Source of the DNA: Thelocarpon superellum
Lineage: Eukaryota
NCBI GenBank assembly: GCA_026025795.1
Contig: JAPEUG010000023.1
Location: 1-64,000 of the forward strand
Direction of reading: 5' to 3'
Length of the DNA stretch: 64,000 nt
Positions 11,686-22,665 of this stretch are shown here, piece by piece (within the stretch, counting starts at the first letter, position 1; each line of letters begins with the position of its first letter). The translations under genes and the position numbers were made by a program. The notes beneath the pieces are model-generated. The model ran no database searches. It saw only the letters and a program-made list of their open reading frames with translations, and was not told where the DNA came from.

Positions 11686-14600
11686 ATGGCGGACGTCACC
11701 GACGCCAACGCGAGCACGGCGCCTGAGGCCACTCCCGCCACCACCGGAGGTGTCGCGCCCTCCTCAACAGCATCGGATGCCACGCCGCCCAACCACCTGG
11801 GCACCAACGTACCCTCCGGTCATCTCGATGGACGTGACCCTGAGAAAGACGATCATCAGGAAGGTACCACTTCGGGCGACCACAAGGCCGCGCCGGCGGC
11901 TGAGGATGAAGACGAAGACATCGAGGATATCGATGCCTTGATTGATGACCTCGAGTCGCAAGACGGCCAAGAGGAAGAAGAAGAGGAGGAGACCGAGCAA
12001 GGCGGTGCACGTCCTGTGTCTGATGAGATGCTCAACACTGACACGCGCACCGGTCTCACCGAGGCCGAAGTCAACAACCGGAGAAAGAAGTATGGTCTCA
12101 ACCAGATGAAAGAGGAAAAGGAAAACCTGGTCCTCAAATTCCTCGGCTACTTCGTCGGTCCCATCCAGTTTGTCATGGAGGTAAGTGACGCGTGCCTCTC
12201 ACCGAGCAGGGAAGACTGACGCGCGGCATCCAGGCTGCCGCCATTCTGGCCGCCGGTCTGCAGGACTGGGTCGACTTTGGTGTCATTTGTGCCCTGCTCT
12301 TGCTTAACGCCACCGTCGGTTTCGTCCAAGAATACCAAGCCGGTTCCATTGTGGATGAACTGAAGAAAACGCTCGCCTTGAAGGCCGTCGTCCTTCGTGA
12401 TGGCCGTCTCTTTGAGGTGGAGGCTCCGCAAGTCGTACCCGGTGACATCCTGCAGATCGAAGATGTGAGTCCTTTCCGCTGCCCCGGCGATGGAGCTTGG
12501 CACTGACCGCGACAGGGTACCATCATCCCCGCCGACGGACGTATCGTGACCGAAGACGCCTTCCTCCAGGTCGATCAATCCGCCATCACGGGCGAGTCCC
12601 TCGCCGTGGACAAGCACAAGGGCGACCAGTGCTATGCCTCGTCCGCGGTCAAGCGTGGCGAGGCCTTCATCGTCATCACGGCCACGGGAGACAGCACCTT
12701 CGTCGGCCGTGCCGCTGCGCTCGTCAACAAGGCTAGCGGCGGCGTGGGTCACTTCACCGAGGTGCTCAACGGTATCGGGACAGTGCTACTGATCCTCGTC
12801 ATCTTCACCCTGCTCTTCGTCTGGATTTCCTCCTTCTACCGGTCCAACCCCATCGTCAAGATCCTGGAGTACACGCTCGCCATCACCATCATCGGTGTCC
12901 CCGTCGGCCTGCCCGCCGTCGTGACGACCACCATGGCGGTTGGTGCCGCCTACCTGGCCAAGAAACGCGCCATCGTCCAGAAGCTCTCGGCCATCGAGTC
13001 CCTGGCGGGCGTCGAGATCCTCTGCTCCGACAAAACGGGCACGCTGACGAAGAACAAGCTCTCCCTGGCTGAACCCTTCACGGTCGAAGGGGTGGAGCCC
13101 GACGATCTGATGCTCACGGCTTGCCTCGCGGCCTCGCGCAAGAAGAAGGGTCTGGATGCCATCGACAAGGCCTTCCTGAAGTCCCTCCGGTTCTATCCCC
13201 GCGCCAAGAGTGTACTCGCCAAGTACAAGATCATCGAGTTCCACCCCTTCGACCCCGTGTCGAAGAAGGTCAGCGCCATCGTGGAGTCGCCCCAGGGCGA
13301 ACGAATCGTCTGTGTCAAGGGTGCCCCCTTGTTTGTCCTGAAGACCGTCGAAGAGGATCACCCGATCCCGGATGAGGTCGACCAGGCCTACAAGAATAAG
13401 GTGGCGGAGTTCGCCACGCGTGGCTTTCGCTCCCTCGGCGTCGCCCGGAAGCGGGGCGAGGGCCAGTGGGAGATCCTGGGCATCATGCCCTGTGCCGATC
13501 CTCCGCGCCACGACACGGCTCGCACCATCGGGGAGGCCAAGACGCTTGGTCTGTCGATCAAGATGCTGACGGGTGACGCCGTGGGCATCGCACGCGAGAC
13601 GTCGCGTCAGCTGGGCCTGGGTACCAACGTGTACAACGCGGAGCGCCTCGGTCTCGGCGGCGGTGGCGACATGCCGGGGTCGGAGGTCTACGACTTCGTC
13701 GAAGCCGCCGATGGATTCGCGGAGGTCTTCCCCCAGCACAAGTACAACGTGGTGGAGATCCTGCAGCAACGTGGATACCTCGTGGCCATGACGGGCGATG
13801 GCGTGAACGACGCCCCGTCCCTCAAGAAGGCCGACACCGGTATCGCCGTGGAGGGTGCCTCTGACGCTGCTCGCTCGGCCGCCGACATTGTCTTCCTGGC
13901 TCCCGGCCTCTCGGCCATCATCGACGCGCTCAAGACGTCTCGCCAGATCTTCCACCGGATGTACGCGTACGTGGTGTACCGTATCGCGCTGTCGCTGCAC
14001 TTGGAACTCTTCCTGGGACTCTGGATCACCATCCTGAACGATTCGCTCAACATTGAACTGGTCGTCTTCATCGCCATCTTCGCCGATGTCGCGACGCTGG
14101 CGATCGCGTATGACAATGCACCCTTCTCGAAGACGCCGGTCAAATGGAATCTGCCCAAGCTCTGGGGGATGTCGGTGCTCCTGGGAACCATCCTCGCCGT
14201 CGGCACCTGGATCACCTTGACGACCATGTGAGTGATGGCGGTCGCGTGTCGCGAGGAAGGAGGGCAGGCTAACCTGGGCGCGTGCAGCTTGGCAACGGAC
14301 GAAAACAACGGTATCGTGCAGAACTTCGGCAAACGCGATGAGGTCATATTCCTACAAATCTCCTTGACGGAGAACTGGCTCATCTTCGTGACGCGCGCCA
14401 ACGGCCCGTTCTGGTCTTCGCTCCCCTCGTGGCAACTGGCTGGCGCCATCCTCGTGGTGGACGGGCTGTCGACCTTCTTCTGTCTCTTCGGTTGGTTCAT
14501 CGGCGGTCAGACATCGATTGTCGCCGTCGTCCGAATCTGGATCTTCTCGTTTGGCGTCTTCTGCGTGCTGGGCGGTGTCTACTACCTGCTGCAAGACAAC

Positions 14601-14770
14601 GCCGGGTTCGACAATCTGATGCACGGCAAATCGCCCAAGAAGAACCAGAAGCAACGGTCGCTGGAAGACTTTGGTAAGCGCGCCGGTGCGGCCGTGGCTT
14701 GTGCAACGGCTAACGTTTCACAGTCGTCTCACTCCAGCGCGTGTCGACGCAGCACGAGAAGAGCAGCTGA
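11686..14770 (+). CDS. PMA1: Plasma membrane H+-ATPase (P3A-type)
   Basis: TGES, phosphorylation site [28 protein letters not shown], and the C-terminal regulatory [21 protein letters not shown]. Introns begin near 12181, 12466, 14228 and 14674. Confidence 0.98.
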
Positions 14771-15416
14771 TGGCCAGCATAATGTGCGCGGGAAAGGTGT
14801 CCGAGGAATCACCTTTCCAGACCACTCCCTCGCTATGGTGATCCCGCCTCATGTGCGGCGCGCGTCTCGATTCCTCCATACCCCGGCCATCCCGGTTATT
14901 CCATTACCGTACACCGCGTGCTTTTATTGTTACTGCTAGAGACCAAAATGCTGTTCATCCACGAAGTGCCACGAAGTGGACGTAGAGGCAGAAGAAGTAG
15001 GCCATGCGTAGATGTTGGGGGGGGGGGAAGTATGGGTCGTGGACGTCCCAGGCATAGTTGACCACCGCCACGGGCCTGCGACAAACCCCCTCGGCTACTG
15101 CAAGAATGACCCACAGCACGAGCACACAGGTACATGGCCAATTTCCCCGAGGAGCCGCTGCTGAGTAGGTGCTTCTTCTACAAGTACGTGCTGGTTGTGC
15201 GTCAACGCTTTCACTTGGTATCCCGAAATGTTCAGCATATGCTCCGGTCGAAGATATGTTACCTTTCATCGACGACATGTCTCTTGCTACCTACTCTCCT
15301 CAACAAGCGGATCACCCCATTTGGCACGTCATAAATTCGGACATTGCACCTGATTATTTCTCATGGATGGCCCACCTACCGATCTCTCGATCTATCATCT
15401 AGAGCGTACCATCTAC

Positions 15417-15839
15417 TTAAATCTTGGGCACGACGGCGTCCTCGCCCGACGTATCCATCTCCTCGTAGCGACGAAGATCCATGGGCTTCTCCAGCCACGG
15501 CTGCACTGCGGGATTGAACGCCTTGTAGTACGGGTTCTCGACGTGGTATCTCAATGACTAGATAGACGCCCGACGTCAATCCATCAGCAAAGACAGACTG
15601 AAGTCGTGCATGGGCTGGGCCGGGCCGGGCCGGGGGAAAGGTTGACATACACTAGCCTGCTCGTATCGCTCGACGATGGTAAAAGCCCTCGGGTCCTTGT
15701 GATCCTGCATGACGAGCCAGGAGATCGTTTCCTTGTCGCGGACATAGACGCGCGAGGCTTCGACCAGCTTAGCTTTCAGCGAAGCGATCGACGATGCGTC
15801 TGCTCTGGCGTATAGGTGTACTATGATCGTGTGTACCAT
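15417..15839 (-). CDS. Small ABM (antibiotic biosynthesis monooxygenase-like, dimeric alpha/beta barrel) protein, 2 exons
   Basis: MVHTIIVHLYA...KDPRAFTIVERYEQAS, a GTATGT..TAG intron, then SLRYHVENPYYKAFNPAVQPWLEKPMDLRRYEE...KI*. Confidence 0.85.
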
Positions 15840-17777
15840 CTTGGCTGATGTGAGGGTGGGGGTCGAAGAGTCGAGGGGAGAGGGGGAAAGGTGGAGATCG
15901 TAGGAAAGGAGAGGGTATCGATTGATTGGTCTATGCTGACGCGTGTTGACTACTCCACGGTAGATGCAGGTGGCCTTTACAATTGTGAATAGGTGAGTAC
16001 AACGTGGGTAGCATCAGGATAATACGAGCGAATACTTGTGACGAGAGTATCAGACGCTTAGATATCTGCTCCGAAGAGGTCCAAGGGGAAGAGAGGGTCG
16101 GGTGCGGATTGCGGGCCAGGCAGGACGCGAACCTCGGCTTCAGCACGCACCCACACAGACTTCTCTTCATTCCGCTTGACGGAACTACGACATGTCTCAA
16201 CCAACTGATTCCGCTTCCCTTATCTATGGCCGGACTATCCAAAGAGTTCGCGTCTTCTTTTGAAATACTATATATAGGTCAATGACTGTTTCCGCTTCGC
16301 TCGAGAATCGCACCTGTTTGGCTGAAGACTCCAGGCGATAGATTGATAAAAATGCGATTAAAATAATCACGAGAATATAAAAATGGCAATATTAAATTGG
16401 GGCCTCCACTCTATTCCGTCTCTCTACGCTAACTTTCGCACGGGGCGATGTAAGCTTTTCGCCCGTCGAGAATGAATATATTCTAGAATTTATACCACTA
16501 GAGTGCCCCAATTTCTCCTAGTTAGGTGACAGTCAGGCCAGTAATAAACCAATTATGGGCATCAACCGGACGATTGATTATCTACTTGACAATTAAGCAG
16601 AGGCGTCGCGAGACTGAAATGATAATCAAATGGTCTCGTTGATTGCGTCGTGTTTGATGGAGAGTACGACGTCGCCTGGGCCTGGACTTGTGTGCACTGC
16701 TATTTTGCGGCTTCTAAGTACACTAACTGCACTATGACGCTGCTCCTTGAGGCGTTCGGCTGGGCATTGCAGGCAGTGATCTGGATCATGCCTCTGGTTG
16801 AGACTTCATACATGCGTCAAGGAATCATACAGCAGTGCAGAGGACGACGCTCTTTGCGCGTTCTGGTCGTCCGCTTCTGGTATGGCTTGCGCGGAGGCAT
16901 CTCGGGCAATCTTCCTCGGCGCGCTTCTCTCGTTTGTTCTGGGCTACTGGGGGCGGGCTCATGATGTAGTCCTACATAGCCTTGACTCTAGCCATCCTTC
17001 GTCTGCAGACTATTTGTCACAGCCCCCTACGGCAGCAGAAAAAACATGTCATGCTACGCCGTCAGGTTTGGAGGCACACAAATGCCTTGCGTTGCGGCCG
17101 ACTACCTCTGTCCTAGGTGCTTAGACACACGTTTAACCTCGCCGTATAGGAGCGCGCATGTGACTTGGTCACGTGCCCACTCCTATTACTATCCCGACTA
17201 TGTGTAGATTAGCAATTCAGCTCTGATTCCTACAGCCGTATGTATTCAACCTTAGAGTGGAACGTGCAGAGAATGACCCCGCAGGTACGTTACTCTAAAG
17301 GGGAGCTCGGCAGCATGGGCTCAAATGCGTAATTTTCACGTAACACTAGTTGCAGAGCAAGGCATGGTCGGGCCGCGCTTGGCTGCGTCGAATATAATCT
17401 TGTCGACAACTGGTATTCGTCATGCTGCCCCCGAGTGCCGAGTCTGGAATATATTTATGGTGAGGGACACCGCCTCTTGTGGCCCAGCGATGTTGTGGCG
17501 CCCAATGAACTCCATCGAATGTTCCAAGGCGAGAATCATCCGTGGTTGTGTACCGCCGAACGAATTCATGTGCCTCAGCATATCGCATCTGGTCACTCAG
17601 CTCGCGTCGTCCGTGTCCCCAAATTTTTAGAAGCGAGTTGTGCGGTGAGGAGGTTGCAACTCGCGTGCAAACTTGGATTGTCCGGACGTCGCGCAGAACT
17701 GCATCTACGCTCCCCTCGTAAACGTGTCCGTGATTCCTACTCAGCCATGAGTGTGTGGATGAGTGTGAGGCATCGAG

Positions 17778-19763
17778 ATGGCGATGCGCAGAGCCTTGCC
17801 AGGCTACTACTTCGGTACTCTACCTGTCCGTGAGGGGAAGCTTGCGGACTGAAGAAGTGAGTGGCAGACGAGGAGAAGCAGAAGTATTTCAGAGTATTGC
17901 CAAATCACGTAGCGCCGGCAGGATCGCGGTACTCGCGGGCCAGCGTGAAGTCGCAGCAGCAGCTTGAGCAGGTCAGTTCGGCGACCTCTGCTGGTGACAT
18001 GGGCCTGGTGGCCTTACGCTGACTGGATGTGAGGGATTGTAGGCGCGCTGGAAGGCGGAGGCTGCCGATCGAAGACCACGTTCCGTCCGGCGGTCGGTCA
18101 TCCTGCAAAAGAGCCTCGATGGCGCCGTGCTGTTGGCTCGTGAGCTTGGTCACACCCGGCCCGGCCACCGAGAACGAGACGGAGCGGCGGCTTTTGTGAC
18201 CGGCCTCGAGCACCGCACGGTTCTCGAGCTGGATGACGACGAGAACATCTCGGCGCTGGCGGAAGATCCCTCCACCGGCGCCCTGTTCCTTGGTATGTCG
18301 GTCTATTCCCACTGCCCTGAGCGTGATTGTGTTGACAGTTAGGACTTCGACTGCGCAGGTGTCCGCAAGGGGGCTCAATACAGCTTGATGTAGGCCTCAG
18401 CCCTCACTTGGCAGCTGGAGCCAACGCGGTACTAACCGATGAACCCACAGGTCGACGACGACCTCAAGCAGAGAAGATGAGGCCCCGCTGAACCAGCAAC
18501 AGCTACGACGGGTATTCTCACCCACCTCGCCGGTCAGCCTCCTCACCTCGCTCTACTTTGAGTCCCCCTTTCGCATGTGGCAGGGACACCAACCTCAGCT
18601 TAGGTCAACTCAGTAAATGTCGGGCCTACGCGGACGCTGGTGTGAGTCAAAATCTTCATCAGGAGCCCTGTCAGACAGACAGGACTGACATTAACAGCTC
18701 GACGTGTGTCGGCCAAAGCAATGAGGCGTCCATCAATCTGACAAAATTGTTCAAGCCAGGCCAAGTCCAGGCGCCATGGGACGTGGGTAAGATGATGCCA
18801 CGTCGTAAAGGTCGATGCAGAGTAACTCAGCGGCGGCGATGATAGGAGTTTATGTCTTTCTGCGGCCACAGGCACACACCTCCGTCTGGACGTCTGCATG
18901 TGCGCCCTCGGGCGGTTCCATCGGCATCGGCACCGACCAAGGCATCATCATGGTGGAGGAGCGCGATAGCGGCGTCCCCGCTGGCTCAAGATCGCCTGAC
19001 TCGACTCCGCCCCTGGCCGACTGGCACACCCGCTCTTTGCACACGGCGAGCGACGTGCTGGCCCTGGACTGGCTGAGCGCAACCTGTCTAGTCGCGGGCC
19101 AGCGCAACGGCTGCGTCGATCTCTTTGACACCCGTGTCCCGCCCGCGTTGCAGTCGTCCAACCCGGTATTGGCCGTCCGTCACCCGAGCGCCGTCGCGCA
19201 TGTCCGCGTGGTGCGTGACCAACGCCTTGTGGTCAGCGGACTCAAGAATTCGGTCGGTACACTCTGGATGGGAGGGTTCATTGGAGATTTGCGCGTGATG
19301 ACTGACAATTGGAGGCTGTAGCTATGCATGTACGATCTGCGCTTCCTTCATCCACCATCGCCGAGCAAGACATTTCCCAACGCCACGAAAGCCATCCGAA
19401 AGTACGAGCACGCCAACGAGTATCGTTTGGGATCTGGCTTCGACGTTGATGTCGATCTCGGTATTATTGCTGCCGGTATTTCTCTCCTCTCACCACCCCG
19501 CCTTGTCTCCTTGCCGCCCCCATCTCCCTTTCGAGTCTGCCCTGGTGTGGTGGCACAACGCTGACGTCCGATGTTCAGCCCAGGACGACATGACGGTGCA
19601 GCTCTTCGGGCTTGAAACAGGCGATAAGCTAGCCTCGGCTGTCAGTGCCACGCCCTTCGGCGGCTACCCCCAAGCCGTGCATTTCTCTCAAGATCCGCAT
19701 GGCCTTCGGCCACCAGCCTTGCTCGTTGGGGTCGAGAACAGGGTGCATCAGTTCGCATGGTGA
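17778..19763 (+). CDS. DCAF4/WDR21-like WD40 repeat protein (putative CRL4 substrate receptor), multi-exon
   Basis: Spliced N-terminus LPGYYF|DEEKQKYFRV resembles the DCAF4 N-terminal motif. WD-like blades SDVLALDW...GCVDLFDTR and LCMYDLRF carry DxR motifs. The middle exon phase is uncertain. Confidence 0.7.
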
Positions 19764-19826
19764 ACGCTACGGCGCTGCCTTTAGCGACACATCCAAGAAG
19801 ACTTGCCACGAGGACAAACGCCTTGT

Positions 19827-21568
19827 TCATTCCGCCAGATGATTTGTGATCTCGAAATTGACGCTCCGCGCTAGGTGGTGAATGTAGTCCCACCCGACAT
19901 TGACACGCCATTTGGTCTGCGCCTCCAGCACATCGGCCGCGTTAGAGGTGCGGATGAGGAGGCGGAGGGAGGAGAGGGTGGCGATCTGCGCGGATGGCGC
20001 GTGTTAGCCAGATTGCCGAGGGACGTGGCCGGGTCAAGAGACTAACCTGCGTCTGGAGATCGGCGGTCGAGACGACCGGGTCGGGTAGGATAGCGTGAAA
20101 AATGGCCAGCATGCGCTCCAGCACGAAGGCTTGAGGCCCAAGCAGTCGTCGCTGAATCTATGCTCTCGGCACATCCGTGCGTCTGTCAGCCTCTGGTCGT
20201 GGTAGGGAAAGATGGAAGATTGAATCCCTAGACAAGGGACAGAAGTTGGAGACCAAACGCACCTTACGGTGCTTGGCTGCACTTGCGCCCTGCCCGCCCC
20301 CTCCAGCGGCCGTCGCCGCTCCCGCACGCTGCTTCCGCTTCTTCTTCCGCAGCTCGCTCGCCTTCACGAAATATAGCAGGTCCTGGCGCGAGGGGTTGTA
20401 GGAGGCGAGATAGGCCGCGCAGAGGAGGAACTTGGAATAGTACGGCAGCTGATGCGAGTGTCTCCCGTCTCTCGCCTGCTGCGCCACTCGCCACGGGTTG
20501 TCTTCGTCGTCCGGTCGGGCGGGAGGCACCACGGCCTTGACCAGGACCTCTTCGCCTTGAAACAGGCTGCGCTTGGCCACCATCAGCCGCGAGAAATCCC
20601 GAGTCCCGTACGTGCCGTCCCGGATGGGCGCCACGAAGGGCGGCCATAGTCGATGGCATACCGCGCGCAGACTGAACATGTCGCGAGCCGCGCCCTTGCC
20701 GAGTGAATCGTACACAGCGCCGCAAAAGCGGGACCAGAGCCAGACAGAGTCTTCTGGGGCAGTGTCGTCTTCGTCTCTACCGTCGTTGTCGTTGTCGTCG
20801 TCGTCGTCGTCTTCCATCTCCACATCCGTGAGGTGATCTGCGAAGAAGACCGGACGCGGGATGGTGGCAAGGATGGCAAGGGATTCGGATTTGGTGTAGG
20901 CCGGGAAGTAGACGTGAGGGACCCCCGTGCTATGAAGGATTCGGGGCCGTGGTGAGGTGAGGATCAACACGATGCTGAGATTGGGTATCTGCCATGAGGT
21001 GAATACGTCAGTTGCCGAAATGGAGCCCGAGCCTCATCCGGAGGACGCAGCATATGTCAACCCACCAGTTCTCCAAAACGAGCCAACGCCGGGAGGAGCG
21101 TCGGCGGAGCCTCCCTCTGACGATCGACGCCATCGAAGACGAGGATGAACTTGCTGCCAACTTTCTCGAGAATTTTCTGCAGTTGCACCGCCAACATGCT
21201 CATGTTCTCGCATTTGGTATATCCCGTGTCCTCCGCTTCCCCCACCGCCCGGGCACAGCTTGACACTGTTCGCTCCAGGAGCTGTCGTCCTGTGACGCAT
21301 TCCTGGCACTTGACGATGCCATGGCGTGCTCCATTGACCTGGAGGAGCCGTGTGATGATGCTACTCTTGCCCGTGGCTTCGGGCCCATGAATGACGGTAG
21401 TGGAGGGGCTGGCGAAGGTGGGCTGCGCAGGGTGAGATATGGCGGCAAGAGGAGTGGGGGATGACGAACGGAGAAAAGTATCGTGAGCTGTCTGATCTGG
21501 ACCTCACGTCCGGGGAATTGTTTGATCAACTGCCCAAGATCTGCTCCGCTTGTGGCATATTGCGCCAT
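19827..21568 (-). CDS. ORC5: Origin recognition complex subunit 5
   Basis: FPGREVQIRQL, Walker A HGPEATGKS, FILVFDGVDRQRE, VYFPAYTK, LPYYSKFLLCAAYLASYNP and FVLERMLAIFHAI. Four canonical introns. Confidence 0.93.
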
Positions 21569-22665
21569 TGATTTCCATAGATGACGGGGATACAGGGACA
21601 CGGGTTCTCCTCGATTGTTGGCCCTGAAGCATGCCTGTTCAAAATTACGACGGTCATCAACGGGAAGGGGGTCGGGCCAGTCGATCGCGACGTTGCACTG
21701 TGCCAATCCAGCGAAACCATCCAAACAGTCCGAACTAGTCAGAGTAGAATTCGGTAGCTTGACTAGTTTCAGCTACGATGGCCGACGATAATGTTAGCGT
21801 TGTTGTCTTCATCTACAACTACATCGTACTCGTACCTCTGTGCCCCTTCCTGACTTAGGTAAGGCACTCTACTCTCCTCCGAATAATGACCCTAAATTGA
21901 TCGTCGGACGTCGCAAGTTTTCGAACATTTAGCGACGACCGCAAAGCTGACTAAGGACATCTCAGCCTCTCACGCTAACTTCATCGTTGGACGTCTCCGT
22001 TCAATGGTCCGCGTCGGTAAGGATTAACGTTTGCGAGGACGTCCCTGTCCGAGGCCTCGCAATTTCTACCACAGAGGGTGCTCAACTGTGCAACATACCC
22101 TCCAAGCGTGACTCGCTGCGACAAATACATGCGTTGTAGCTCAAGTGGTTGCGACACGGCCGCAAATACCGAAGTCAGGTCAATACTAGATGACATGTTA
22201 CATCGCACGTCTTGAAATGCAAATGGACCACGCCTTGCGTTCATCATCTCTCTCATACTCCTAGATCGATGGTGCGGATAGACGCGTTCCTCGGGTGGCA
22301 TTGGTCAGGCGATTGGTACTGTGTAAGTTCCATCCGCTGTTTGTGAGGAAGTCATGCCAAATGCTGCTGGCGGGTAGACATCCCTCGCGGAGATCCGTCA
22401 CGGCATCGCTACTCCCCATGCTCGCGCCCGTGGACACCACTGAGCCTACCATAGCGTGGCCGCGCATGGCAGGCGCGTGTCTCGGTCACCCGGCGGCATA
22501 CCTGGAACCTCGGGATCTCAGGTCTTCCATTCTTGTAGGGTATCTATCGTCTGGTATGACCCCTAAATGAACCCGGAACCTTATGCTTGCACCCACTTCT
22601 AGATGAAGACACCGCCGATGCTGGCGCTCCCTCGCGCCGGTGAATGTATCGAAGAAAATAGAGAA

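Noticed and set aside
12786..14500. Long antisense ORFs over PMA1 (similar ones lie over RPC2, CUS1 and nuo78)
   Set aside because: These are shadow frames produced by strong GC3 codon bias in conserved genes.
16650..17630. Short hydrophobic ORFs between the ABM and WD40 genes
   Set aside because: No coherent splice model or recognisable motif. A decayed gene cannot be excluded.
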